A stretch of DNA of 23,942 nt from Octopus sinensis (Eukaryota), in NCBI RefSeq assembly GCF_006345805.1, contig NW_021836478.1, forward strand, positions 1 through 23,942, written 5' to 3'. The position numbers were made by a program, and so were the translations under genes. The notes under the pieces are model-generated. The model did not search any database. It was not told the origin of the DNA and saw only the letters and a program-made list of their open reading frames with translations. Numbering within the stretch: the first letter of the stretch is position 1; every line of letters starts with the position of its first letter. Of the stretch, positions 1 to 8,868 are shown piece after piece.

Positions 1-157
1 CTTAGTTAATTATGATTTTATTCAACATATTCCCCTCTCAGATTCACACACTTATTGCAGCGGCCCTTCAGTTTTGCTAAGCCCTGTTAAAGAACTTCGA
101 AGTTAGGGCCTCCAACCAGGCCTTTCGCAGCCTAGAACTTTCCAGCATCCCCTCGTA
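1..157 (-). mobile_element. Non-autonomous mariner-derived element (one TIR plus transposase C-terminal remnant), cut by window edge
   Basis: The reverse complement begins TA-CGAGGGG (TA at 156-157) and later reads QGLAKLKGRCNKCVNLRGEYVE*, resembling the mariner C-terminal motif (GxxKLxxRWxKCxxxxGxYxE). A second copy lies at 23072-23219. Confidence 0.75.
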
Positions 158-400
158 GATAACTCATTTTAAAGAAATCACCTTTCTCTAATTCAGTGAT
201 TCTCAACCATTTTTGGACTTGGAATCGAATGGCTATTGAGGTCCAGCAGAGTAAAATAGGAATCTATAACCATACCAGAAGGGGTCCAATCGTGGGACAG
301 AATTCTTGAGTGATGTACGCGACAGACGATGGCACAAATTCTGAAATATTTCCGCTGTAAATCTAGATCTCCATAGCCATTCAATGCATACAAAATCATA

Positions 401-800
401 GTCGCCATGATAGATCGGTAGCTACTACACACATTTTTTTTTCTCTCCTTGTTTCTTTCTGTAGAAGAGCATAGGCTCGAAACGTAAAACACTTTTTCAA
501 TTCCTGAGCGTTATACTAATACATCTGTTTGTTTTGTACACCACCTGTCTTCATCTTTTGGTTTTTTCGTAAACTCGCCCTATATATATATATATATATA
601 TTATATCAGTCGCCATGATAGATTGTTAGCCACTACACGCATTTTTTTCTCTCCTTGTTTTTTCTGTGTCCCTTTCTGTAGAAGAGCGTAGGCTTGAAAC
701 GTAAAAGACTTTTTCTATTCCTGAGCGTTATACTAATACATCTGTTTGTTTTGTACACCAACTGTCTTTGTCTTTTGTTTTTTTTTCGTAAATTCTCCCT
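401..800 (+). repeat. Tandem dimer of a ~190-bp interspersed repeat (Penelope pseudo-LTR-like)
   Basis: Units ~401-592 and ~609-800 both start GTCGCCATGATAGAT and contain GAAGAGC-N4-GCTYGAAACGT. The block is flanked by the 13-bp direct repeat ATACAAAATCATA (388-400, 801-813). Related copies lie at 4394-4567 and ~8575-8760 (minus). The Penelope assignment is inference from the GAAAC-type motif. Confidence 0.6.
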
Positions 801-1210
801 ATACAAAATCATACACAAATGTACACCCTGGTTTTATTTCCTCATAACTTCTAGAAAAATGGATATTTTTTAATGAAATTTTCTAAAAATATGCTTTCAG
901 TGGTGTAGATCCCGATTATATCAGAATTTATTGTGAAAAAATGGTTTCTATGGGTGGGAAATGAAGTTTGGGAAAATTCACACGAGTTGGCTTTGTGTCC
1001 TCATAACTTCCAGGAAAATGGATATTTTTGAATGAAATTTCCTACAAATACGCTTCAGATTGTGTAGATTACGATTATGTCAGAATTTGTATTGAAGAAT
1101 GTTTTCCGAGGAGTTTCAGGAAAATTCACACGTGTCAGCTTTGATCCTCAAAACTTTTGGAAAAATGGATATGTTTTTTAATGAAATTTTCTCCAAATAC
1201 TTTCCTTGTT
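801..1210. repeat. AT-rich element with ~150-bp internal subrepeats
   Basis: Three diverged units begin CCTCAWAACTT..GAAAATGGATAT..AATGAAATTT at ~840, ~999 and ~1146. The first ~58 bp recur inverted at 3912-3970. Confidence 0.6.
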
Positions 1211-1214
1211 ATTC

Positions 1215-1469
1215 TGAGATCATTTAATATGTACATTTCGGGTGTGTTATATATACTAGGAAATGCATCCATTATGTAAGCTCTTCCTCAGTTAAAACAT
1301 TTCAAAATATGATGAAGTTTATGGAAATATTTTCAGAGCATATAAACTGAAATATTTCCATCAACTGGTTTGTATGCTGAAATGTTTTAACTGAGAATGA
1401 TCTTACGTAATGGATGCATTTCCTATTATATATTATGCAGACCCGAAATGTACATATTAAATTATCTCA
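1215..1469. repeat. Imperfect fold-back (inverted repeat) with nested inner hairpin
   Basis: 1215-1304 is the diverged reverse complement of 1378-1469. An inner pair ATGGAAATATTTTCAG / CTGAAATATTTCCAT lies at 1321-1361. Confidence 0.75.
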
Positions 1470-1573
1470 AAATGACATTATTCGGGTCTGACTTCATTAA
1501 TACAATTGTGTGTGTGTGTGCGTATGTGTGTCTGCATGCTTGTGTATGTGTACTAGTGTTATACCGAAAGTGT

Positions 1574-1883
1574 GACTGTGCATGGCTTAGTGGTAAGAGT
1601 ATTCGGCTCATGATCGTAAGGTCATGAGTTCAATTCCCAACGACAGGTTGTGTCCTTGAGGAAGGCACTTTATTCCATCTTACTCCAGTCCACTCAGCTG
1701 GCAAAAGTGAGTGGTACCTATATTTCAAAGGGTCGACCTTGTCACATTCTGTGTCATGCTGAATCTCCCTGAGAACTACATTTAGGGTCCACGTGTCTGT
1801 GGAGTGCTCAGCCACTTGCATGTTAGTTTCACGAGCAGGCTGTTCCATTGATTAAATCAACTGGAGACCTCATCGTCATAAAC
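1574..1883 (+). mobile_element. tRNA-derived SINE, family B (diverged)
   Basis: A-box TGGCTTAGTGG, B-box GAGTTCAATTCC. The body matches the reverse complement of 9884-10270. Confidence 0.8.
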
Positions 1884-1919
1884 AATGAAGTGCCAGCTCA
1901 GTTCTATACCAAAAGTAAA

Positions 1920-2550
1920 GCAAAAGTAGGTTTCAGGCATTTGCCATATCCTGAACGCCTTACTTCCCTGGGCATGGACACATTGAAACTCCGACGTCTG
2001 GCAGCTGACTTGGCAGACACCCATAAAATTATTAACCATCTTACAAACAATAACTCTGAGCACCTTTTCAAACTCCACCCATCTAACACCCGTGGACATA
2101 TTTACAAAGTCAGAAAACAGCACAGCTCCCATGACTTCAGGAAACATTTTTTCACGCTGAGAGTTGCTGAAGCATGGAACAAACTGCCGGCATCAGTTGT
2201 TAGTTGTCGGAGCACTGCATCCTTCAAAACTTCCATGCTTCCTGAGATTCACCAAAACTTACACCTGACTTTCTCCCCTCCATACACACACTGAAGCATG
2301 GAACAAACTGCCGGCATCAGTTGTTAGTTGTCGGAGCACTACATCCTTCAAAACTTCCATGCTTCCTGAGATTCGCCAACACTACACCTGATTTTCTCCC
2401 CTCCATACACACACAAGCATGTATCTGACTCATAAATTGTTCGCTTTCCAGACATTTGTACATTACTGCATGTACTTTATATGCACTTTCTGACAAGTTG
2501 TGGTGCACCTGAGCACTGTATACAATTAATTTCATTATTATTATTATTAT
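1920..2550 (+). mobile_element. 5'-truncated CR1-clade LINE: ORF2 C-terminus, 3' UTR and (TAT)n tail
   Basis: The translation LPYPERLTSLGMDTLKLRRLAADL...TRGHIYKVRK...RKHFFTLRVAEAWNKLPASVV...FK matches the CR1 ORF2 C-terminal pattern (YxERLxxLxLxxLxxRR, TRGH, FFxxRVxxxWNxLP). It ends in (ATT)n at ~2534-2550. Confidence 0.85.
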
Positions 2551-2714
2551 TGTTGCATTACATGATATGGCTGGTTCAAACAGCACGGATTTGTCGAGTA
2601 ACTTTTCCTCTATGTAAAGACACTTCTTCTCAACTTAGTCACCATGACAAGTGTTGCATTTGCACCATCGTAGAAGCCAACCTTCAAATCCGCTTTGAAA
2701 AAAATTCAGATATA

Positions 2715-2876
2715 GGCGTAGGAGTGGCTGTGTGGTAAGTAGCTTGCTTACGAACCACATGGTTCCAGGTTCAGTCCCATTGCGTGGCACCTTGAGCAAG
2801 TGTCTTCTGCTATAGCCTCGGGCCGACCAAGGCCTTGTAAGTGGATTTGGTAGACGGAAACTGAAAGAAGCCCATC

Positions 2877-2917
<41 letters not shown>

Positions 2918-3140
2918 TGTGTGTGTGTTTGTGTGTCTGTGATTGTCCCCCCAACATCGTTTGACAACCGATGCTGGTGTATTTACGTCCCCGTAACTTA
3001 GCAGTTCGGCAAAAAGAAACCGATAGAATAAGTACTAGGCTTACAAAGAATAAGTCCCGGGGGCGATTTGCTCGACCAAAAGGCGGTGCTCCAGCATGGC
3101 CGCAGCCACATGACTGAAACGAGTAAAAGAATAAAAGAGT
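2715..3140 (+). mobile_element. SINE family A, full length, inserted in the mariner
   Basis: Head GGCGTAGGAGTGGCTGTGTGG (A box), GGTTCAGTCCC (B box), MIR-core-like GGCACCTTGAGCAAGTG, internal (TA)n/(TG)n, (GTAAAAGA)n tail, ATATA at both flanks. Confidence 0.9.
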
Positions 3141-3351
3141 ATATATTCTATTGTACCTACTTCTTCATAGTCATTTCCACCGCTTTTGCATCACTAAATC
3201 ATTGCCTTCGAAGACTGTCCTTCATTGGGCTGATTGGGTGGAAGTCGGAGGCCACCAAATCCGGGCTACGCGGTGGACAGGAGGACGTTGATCGGCCGAA
3301 TTTTCTGAATGCTTGATCTGTTGCCAAAAACGTACCTGCTTATGCAATGTC

Positions 3352-3516
3352 ATCATCATCATCGTTTAGCGTCCGCTTTCCATGCTAGCATGGGTTGGAC
3401 GGTTCAACTAGGGTCTGGGAAGCAAGAAGGCTGCACCAGGCCCAGTTGTTTCTACGGCTGGATGCCCTTCCTAACGCCAACCACTCCATGAGTGTAGTGG
3501 GTGCGTTTTACATGCC
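3352..3516 (-). mobile_element. 5'-truncated RTE-type LINE/SINE 3' tail ending in (GAT)n
   Basis: The minus strand contains GGTTGGCGTTAGGAAGGGCATCCAGCCGTAGAAAC, a motif I recall from RTE-clade 3' ends and RTE-dependent SINEs, and terminates AAACGATGATGATGAT. Confidence 0.65.
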
Positions 3517-3555
3517 AATATCAACAACAAATAAATGTGGCAGAGCCAAAATTAC

Positions 3556-3727
3556 CTTCTTTAATGAGGGTGGCTGGGTCTTTGTCCTTAAGCTGTGAGA
3601 TGACTTTCTTCATTTTACTGGCTTCGGCCTCAATACCAACGCTGCCTAAAATCTTCTCCAAATCAGCTTCAGTGGGCTGTTTCACAACCCCAAGGGTGGC
3701 AAGGAGATAAGCGGCCACATAACGCAT
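3556..3727 (-). pseudogene. RPLP2: 60S acidic ribosomal protein P2, isolated first coding exon (gene fragment)
   Basis: MRYVAAYLLATLG...DLEKILGSVGIEAE...KVISQLKDK..TLIKEG matches the P2 N-terminus (human MRYVASYLLAALG...DIKKILDSVGIEAD...KVISELNGK). The match stops after 172 nt at G|GTAATT, the phase-1 donor position I recall for human RPLP2. No downstream P2 exon (Ala-rich hinge, DDDMGFGLFD) is seen in 1-3555, and the fragment lies inside a mariner fossil. Confidence 0.9.
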
Positions 3728-3911
3728 TTTTTAAGACTTAGATGGTGAATGTAAATCGTTTTTAGATTCTTGTTCGATCTCTTCCTTCAAATGGCTTCTC
3801 TGAGCTATTTTAGTGTTCCAGTGCATCACTCGCTGCTCACGGAACAGCCACGTTTCAGAAAATCAATGAGAATGACACCTTTGTTATCCACCAAAGAAGT
3901 CACCCTGACCT

Positions 3912-4197
3912 TTTTCTAGAAGTTACGAGGAAATAAAACCAGGGGGTACATTTGTGTATGATTTTCTATACTCTTTTACTCTTTTACTCTTTTACTTGTT
4001 TCAGTCATTTGACTGCGGCCATGCTGGGGCACCGCCTTTAATTGAGCAACTCGACCCCGGGACTTATTCTTTTGTAAGCCCTGTACTTATTCTATCGGTC
4101 TCTTTTGCCGAACCACTAAGTAACGGGGTCATAAACACACCAGCATCGGTTGTCAAGCAATGCTAGGGGGACAAACACAGACACACAAACACACACA

Positions 4198-4245
<48 letters not shown>

Positions 4246-4567
4246 TACGACGGGCTTCTTTCAGTTTCTGTCTACCAAATTCACTCACAAGGCTTTGGTC
4301 GGCCTGAGGCTGTAGTAGAAGACACTTGCCCAAGGTGCCACACAGTGAGACTGAAACCGGAACCATGTGGTTGGTAGACAAGCTACTTACCACTATAGGG
4401 AGAATTTACGAAAAAAAAACAAAAGACGAAGACAGGTGGTGTAGAAAACAAACAGATGTATTAGTTTAACACTCAGGAATTGAAAAAGTGTTTTACGTTT
4501 TGAGCCTATGCTCTTCTACACAAAGAAACAAGGAGAGAAAAAAAATGTGTGTAGCAGCTACCGATCT
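3912..4567 (-). repeat. Inverted copy of the 401-860 composite repeat, interrupted by a SINE A
   Basis: 4394-4567 is the reverse complement of the ~190-bp unit and 3912-3970 is the reverse complement of 801-858. The two join at TATA once the SINE is removed. Confidence 0.8.
3971..4393 (-). mobile_element. SINE family A (head slightly truncated)
   Basis: (CTCTTTTA)n tail at 3971. The body matches other copies and ends at AGCTACTTACCAC, flanked by TATA. Confidence 0.9.
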
Positions 4568-4797
4568 TGAACTTTGTAGACCTTGGTGAAGAATTGTGAT
4601 GCCATTCCACATAGCAGGTATGGGTAACCTTCTTCGAGAAGCAGACCACATGAGACATGACTCATTATCAGGCAGACCGCAGGCATTAACTTACATTCGA
4701 ACCCACATTTAACAAGAAAACTGCAGCAAAGTTGCGTTATAGTGGAGTCAGACGTAGCATGCAGACCACCATACAATTTGTTTGACATTACCAAAGG

Positions 4798-5019
4798 TAT
4801 TAAATATTTCTTTCTACTGAAAGCATAGGGCCTGAAATTTGTGGTAGTGATTAAGTCAGTTATATTGACTCCAGTGCGTAACTGGTACTTCATTTATCGA
4901 CCCCGAAAGGATGAAAGGGAAAGTCGACCTCGGTGAAATTTGAACTCAGAACGTGATGGCAGATGAAATACTGCTAGGCATTTCGCCCGGCATGCTAATG
5001 CTTCTGCTAGCTCGTCACC
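4798..5019 (-). mobile_element. SINE family C with 10-bp target-site duplication
   Basis: Contains ACTGGTACTT..TTATCGACCCCGAAAGGATGAAAGG.AAAGTCGACCTCGG and is flanked by TTACCAAAGG at 4788-4797 and 5020-5029. Confidence 0.85.
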
Positions 5020-5060
5020 TTACCAAAGGCTCTAAATAATATTAAAAACTAATAAATATA

Positions 5061-5482
5061 GGCGCAGGAGTGGCTGTGTGGTAAGTAGCTTGCTTACCAA
5101 CCACATGGTTTCGGGTTCAGTCCCACCGCGTGGCACCTTGGGCAAGTGTCTTCTACTATAGCTTCAGGCCGACCAAAGCCTTGTGAGTGGATTTGGTAGA
5201 CGGAAACTGAAAGAAGCCCATCGTATATATGTGTATATATATATGTGTGTGTGTGTATATGTTTGTGTGTGGTGTGTTTGTCCCCCTAGCATTGCTTGTC
5301 AACCGATGCTGGTGTGTTTATGTCCACATTACCTAGCGGTTCGGCAAAAGAGACCGATAGAATAAGTACTGGGCTTACAAAAGAATTAGTCTCGGGGTCG
5401 AATTGCTCAATTAAAAGCGGTGCTCCAGCATGGCCGCAGTCAAAGGACTGAAACAAGTAAAAGAGTAAAAGAGTAAAAGAGT
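5061..5482 (+). mobile_element. SINE family A, full length
   Basis: Runs from the GGCGCAGGAGTGGCTGTGTGG head to the (GTAAAAGA)3 tail. Confidence 0.9.
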
Positions 5483-5841
5483 ATAGAACTCATCAATGCT
5501 AAACTAATGTGAAATATGCAGACACTTCCTTAACAACTGACACAAGTTTGGGTTTGATATCCCTACAATAATTGGGTCATTTGTATAAATATATATAACT
5601 TAACTGTCACCTCCACACAGACCGTGAGAAACTGGTCTTCCATAAACTAGGACACAGCTAGTTAAGAAAATTCAAGTCGAGTGTGGCAGTTTGGTAGAGT
5701 CTTATGAGCATTGGACAGAGTGACATATGGTGTTTATTCAAACACTTTATGTTCTGAGTTCAAATCCTACCGACAACAACAATGCTTTTTTTTTTTTCCT
5801 TTTATGAATAGAGGTTTAATTAAAAGCTAAATGTTACCAAT

Positions 5842-6314
5842 CAAGGTGGTGGATTGGGTGAATTGCAAGATTTGGTGCATTGTGGTATTTGTTTTAGTTC
5901 TCAGCATTCTGAGTTCAAATTCCGCCAAGGTCGGATTTGCCTTTCATCCTTTCAGGGTTGATAAATTAAGTACCAGTTCCGCACTGGGGTCAATGTAATC
6001 GACTTAATCTGGTTGTCTGTCCTTGTTTGTCCCTTCTGTGTGAAGCCCCTTGTGAGCAGTAAAGAAATAGGTATTTCGGCCTCCATTACGTTCTGAGTTC
6101 AAATTCCGCCGAGGTCAACTTTGCCTTTCATCCTTTCAGGGTTGATAAATTAAGTACCAGTTCCGCACTGGGGTCAATGTAATTGACTTAATCCCTTTGT
6201 CTGTCCTTGTTTGTCTCCTCTATGTTTAGCCCCTTGTGGGCAATAAAGAAATAAGAAACGTTAGCACGCCGGGCAAAATACTAAGTGGTATTTCATCTGT
6301 CTTTACATTCTGAG
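5842..6314 (+). mobile_element. SINE family C, tandem body array (2 bodies plus partial restart)
   Basis: The unit TTCTGAGTTCAAATTCCGCC...CCCCTTGTG.GCA.TAAAGAAATA occurs twice (~5906, ~6090), followed by GAAACGTTAGCACGCCGGG...TTCTGAG. Confidence 0.85.
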
Positions 6315-6369
6315 AGCATTCGAGTTTTTTTCAGATATTCTCATTTTAAAAACCATCTCTGGTTAATCG

Positions 6370-6371
<2 letters not shown>

Positions 6372-6419
<48 letters not shown>
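6372..6419. repeat. (ATT)n microsatellite
   Basis: Pure ATT run seen directly. Confidence 0.95.
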
Positions 6420-6420
<1 letters not shown>

Positions 6421-6423
<3 letters not shown>

Positions 6424-6825
6424 TTTTACTTGTTTCAGTCATTTGACTGTGGCCATGCTGGAGCACCGCCTTTAGTCGAGCAACTCGACCCCGGGACTTA
6501 TTCTTTGTAAGCCCAGTACTTATTCTATCGTTCTCTTTTGCCGAACCGCCAAGTGACGGGGACGTAAACACACGAGCATCGGTTGTCAAGCAATGCTAGG
6601 GGAACAAACACAGACACACAAACATACATGCACATACATATATATATATATATACATATATACGACAGGCTTCTTTCAGTTTCCGTCTACCAAATCCACT
6701 GACAAGGCTTTGGTCGGCCCGAGGCTATAGTAGAAGACATTTGCTCAAGGTGCCACGCAGTGGGGCTGAACCCAGAACCATGTGGTTGATAAGCAAGCTA
6801 CTTACCACACAGCCACTCCTGCGCC
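6421..6825 (-). mobile_element. SINE family A, full length
   Basis: Tail CTCTTTTACT at 6421; head complement ...AGCCACTCCTGCGCC ends at 6825. Confidence 0.9.
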
Positions 6826-7152
6826 TATATAGTATAAATTTGGCTGAGATATATCAAAGTATTTTATCACACGAACAATTAACTATAATTGTGAAACTTA
6901 AAATGGAAACGACATGAATTTTATTAATTACTAATTGATCAGTTCACATTATAAATAAAAAGTCTACAAAATAATATAAAATTTCGTAAGATTTATTCAA
7001 ATTACTATTGAACACATGCTTCCATAATGGATAATTATATATTCATATAAAAAAAAATAGCCTTTATTGAAATCTAAACAAGTGTTATATTTTTCTTCAT
7101 TTTCAACATTTATTTAGCTTTCAGTAACAGACGAAACGATGTGTGTTCATCA

Positions 7153-7541
7153 TCTCTCTCTATATAAACGGCAGTTTGTCTGTCAGTGTGTTTCTGCGTG
7201 ACTGTTAGGTTGTACCCTCACTCTGACCACGGCTTTCAACCGATTCTGATGAAACTTGACACACACATAGCCCAATGTCATAATTCAAAACTAACGCAGC
7301 GAAAATTTTGAAAAGTTCCCCCGTTCTGAAAAAAATCGATAAATTCGACATGGGGTCGAGAATCAAAACACAAAGAACCACAGACTGGTCTAGGGGACGC
7401 AACTTCATCTTTTTAACTCTCAAAAAAATTTTCCAATCATTTTTTTTTCCCATTTTTTTGCTATATTTTGGCTAAACTATCTAAAAATGCTTTATAGTTA
7501 TTTTCCCTTACAACCCGAGCAACGCCGGGCGATACTGCTAG
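7153..7541 (+). mobile_element. Non-autonomous Helitron, copy 1
   Basis: 5' A|TC terminus (TCTCTCTCTATATAAACGG), subterminal hairpin CCCGAGCAACGCCGGG (7514-7529), 3' CTAG at 7538-7541. Confidence 0.85.
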
Positions 7542-7944
7542 TCTCTATATATATAAACGGCAGTTTGTCTTTCAGTGAGTGTCTGTGTGGCTGTCAGGTT
7601 GTCCCTCACCCTGACCACGGCTTTCAACCGATTCTGATGAAACTTACACACACATGCCCAATGTCATAATTCAAAACTAACGCAGCGAAAATTTTGAAAA
7701 GGTCCCCCCCCGTTTCTGAAAAAAATCGAAATTCGACATGGGGTCGAGAATCTAAGCTTTTTATATGCAACACACATTTTCTGTTGGGAGACAGCTAGAA
7801 CTCGTGTACATATAAGTATTCGAGTGAAGAGAGACTTGCAACCTACACATGCGCCTTCGTTCCCTAGAGGAAGAACTAGATTGGATTAGTCGTTGCCTAC
7901 TAGGGGCTCTTACATACCCGGGCAATGCCGGGCTATGCTGCTAG
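7542..7944 (+). mobile_element. Non-autonomous Helitron, copy 2 (head-to-tail with copy 1, different 3' internal segment)
   Basis: Starts TCTCTATATATATAAACGG directly after CTAG and shares sequence with copy 1 to 7752. Hairpin CCCGGGCAATGCCGGG (7917-7932), CTAG at 7941-7944 followed by T. Confidence 0.85.
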
Positions 7945-8023
7945 TGTATTATAAATCTATTATTGAAACGTGTGTACCATAATAATTTGAATAAATCCTA
8001 TTATTCAGTCTGTTTGTTTGGTT

Positions 8024-8186
8024 AGAAGCTTGTTTCCCAACCACATGGTTCCAGGTTCAGTCCCACTGTGTGGCACCTTGGGCAAGTGTCTTCTACTATA
8101 GCTTTGGCGGGTGACTAGTCTTGTGAGTAAATTTGGTAGACAGAAACTGAAGGAAACACTCATTTTGTGTGTGTGTGTGTGTGTGT
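8024..8186 (+). mobile_element. SINE family A, 5' half fragment
   Basis: AACCACATGGTTCCAGGTTCAGTCCCACTG...GGTAGACAGAAACTGAAGGAA followed by (TG)n. Confidence 0.8.
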
Positions 8187-8491
8187 ATTGTGAAGTATAT
8201 TTGCCACCTAAATGTGGCTAACCCTTAAGGGTCGATGCTACTGTAGCTTGTAGCTCCAGGAAGACATTGCCTCCAGCTGGCTATTGACACTATCTGTGCC
8301 CTATCAGTATTTGCAAAGGGAAGTCTCATCAGGCTGGAGATGGGAACGAGGACTTCCCTTTGCAAATACTAATAGGGCACAGATAGTGTGTCAATAGCCA
8401 GCTGGGGGAGATGTCTTCCTGGGGCTACAAGGTACAGTAGCATCCATCCTTAAGGGTTATCCACATTTAAGTGGCAAATATACTTCACAAT
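8187..8491. mobile_element. Fold-back / MITE-like palindrome, ~140-bp arms, ~25-nt loop
   Basis: 8187-8325 pairs with 8351-8491 with scattered mismatches (ATTGTGAAGTATATTTGCCAC... / ...GTGGCAAATATACTTCACAAT). No clear TSD. Confidence 0.8.
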
Positions 8492-8574
8492 GTCGTGCAG
8501 CTACTGTTTATACCTCACTCGGAGATTTCTTATTGCTTTTATATATAAGGTAGCTATATATAGTCAAATCAAAT

Positions 8575-8760
8575 GAACAAACAATGGCATTAACAATAAC
8601 AAACAAGGAATGTATTAGTTTGACGCTCAGTGAAAAAAAAGGAGTTTTTGACGTTTCGAGCCATAGCTCTTCAGCGGAAAAGAAAAAGGGAAAAGTCCAA
8701 AGAAGGAAAAATAAATCACTATAGCACGTGTTGTTACATTCCTGTAGTGTGTTCAAATAT
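8575..8760 (-). repeat. Diverged relative of the 401-800 repeat
   Basis: Shares TGTATTAGTTT.AC.CTCAG and ACGTTTCGAGCC..AGCTCTTC with the reverse complement of the 401-800 unit. Confidence 0.6.
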
Positions 8761-8766
8761 TTTTTA

Positions 8767-8797
<31 letters not shown>

Positions 8798-8812
8798 GTG
8801 TATGTATGTATG

Positions 8813-8868
<56 letters not shown>

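Larger units (their letters stand above)
2561..3912 (-). pseudogene. Decayed mariner (DD34D) transposase, C-terminal half plus probable 3' TIR, split by two later insertions
   Basis: 3912-3742 reads KVRVTSLVDNKGVILIDFLKRG...LREAI*RKR...IYIHH. 3351-3141 reads DIA*AGTFLAT...PPRSPDLVASDFH...MKDSLRRQ*FSD. 2710-2627 reads SEFFQSGFEGWLLRWCKCNTCHGD*VEK. Exactly 34 residues separate the HD Asp from the SPDLxxSD Asp. Multiple stop codons. TIR-like GGCTGGTTCAAA at ~2569-2580. Confidence 0.9.

Noticed and set aside
194-215. hAT-type TIR (CAGTGATTCTCAACC); a similar CAGGTATGGGTAACCT lies at 4615
   Set aside because: No partner TIR or 8-bp TSD was found for either, so an element cannot be delimited.
1848-2294. 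148-aa ORF as an intact gene
   Set aside because: Its N-terminus comes from the SINE B 3' end and the rest is a truncated CR1 ORF2 tail without the RT domain.
3521-3727. RPLP2 as the functional host gene, or the 68-aa ORF as a complete protein
   Set aside because: Homology ends at a GT donor after codon 57, so the GNFGSATFICC tail is intron read-through. No further P2 exons are seen downstream, and both flanks are contiguous mariner sequence.
3728-3741. 14-nt leader as a trans-spliced leader
   Set aside because: It matches no SL sequence I know. It is more simply a 5' UTR or acceptor remnant (AG at -10).
6988-8000. Short diverged inverted match (~6988-7035 vs ~7955-8000) around the Helitron dimer
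   Set aside because: It is short and AT-rich, most likely fragments of an older repeat, and no ends or TSD are definable.
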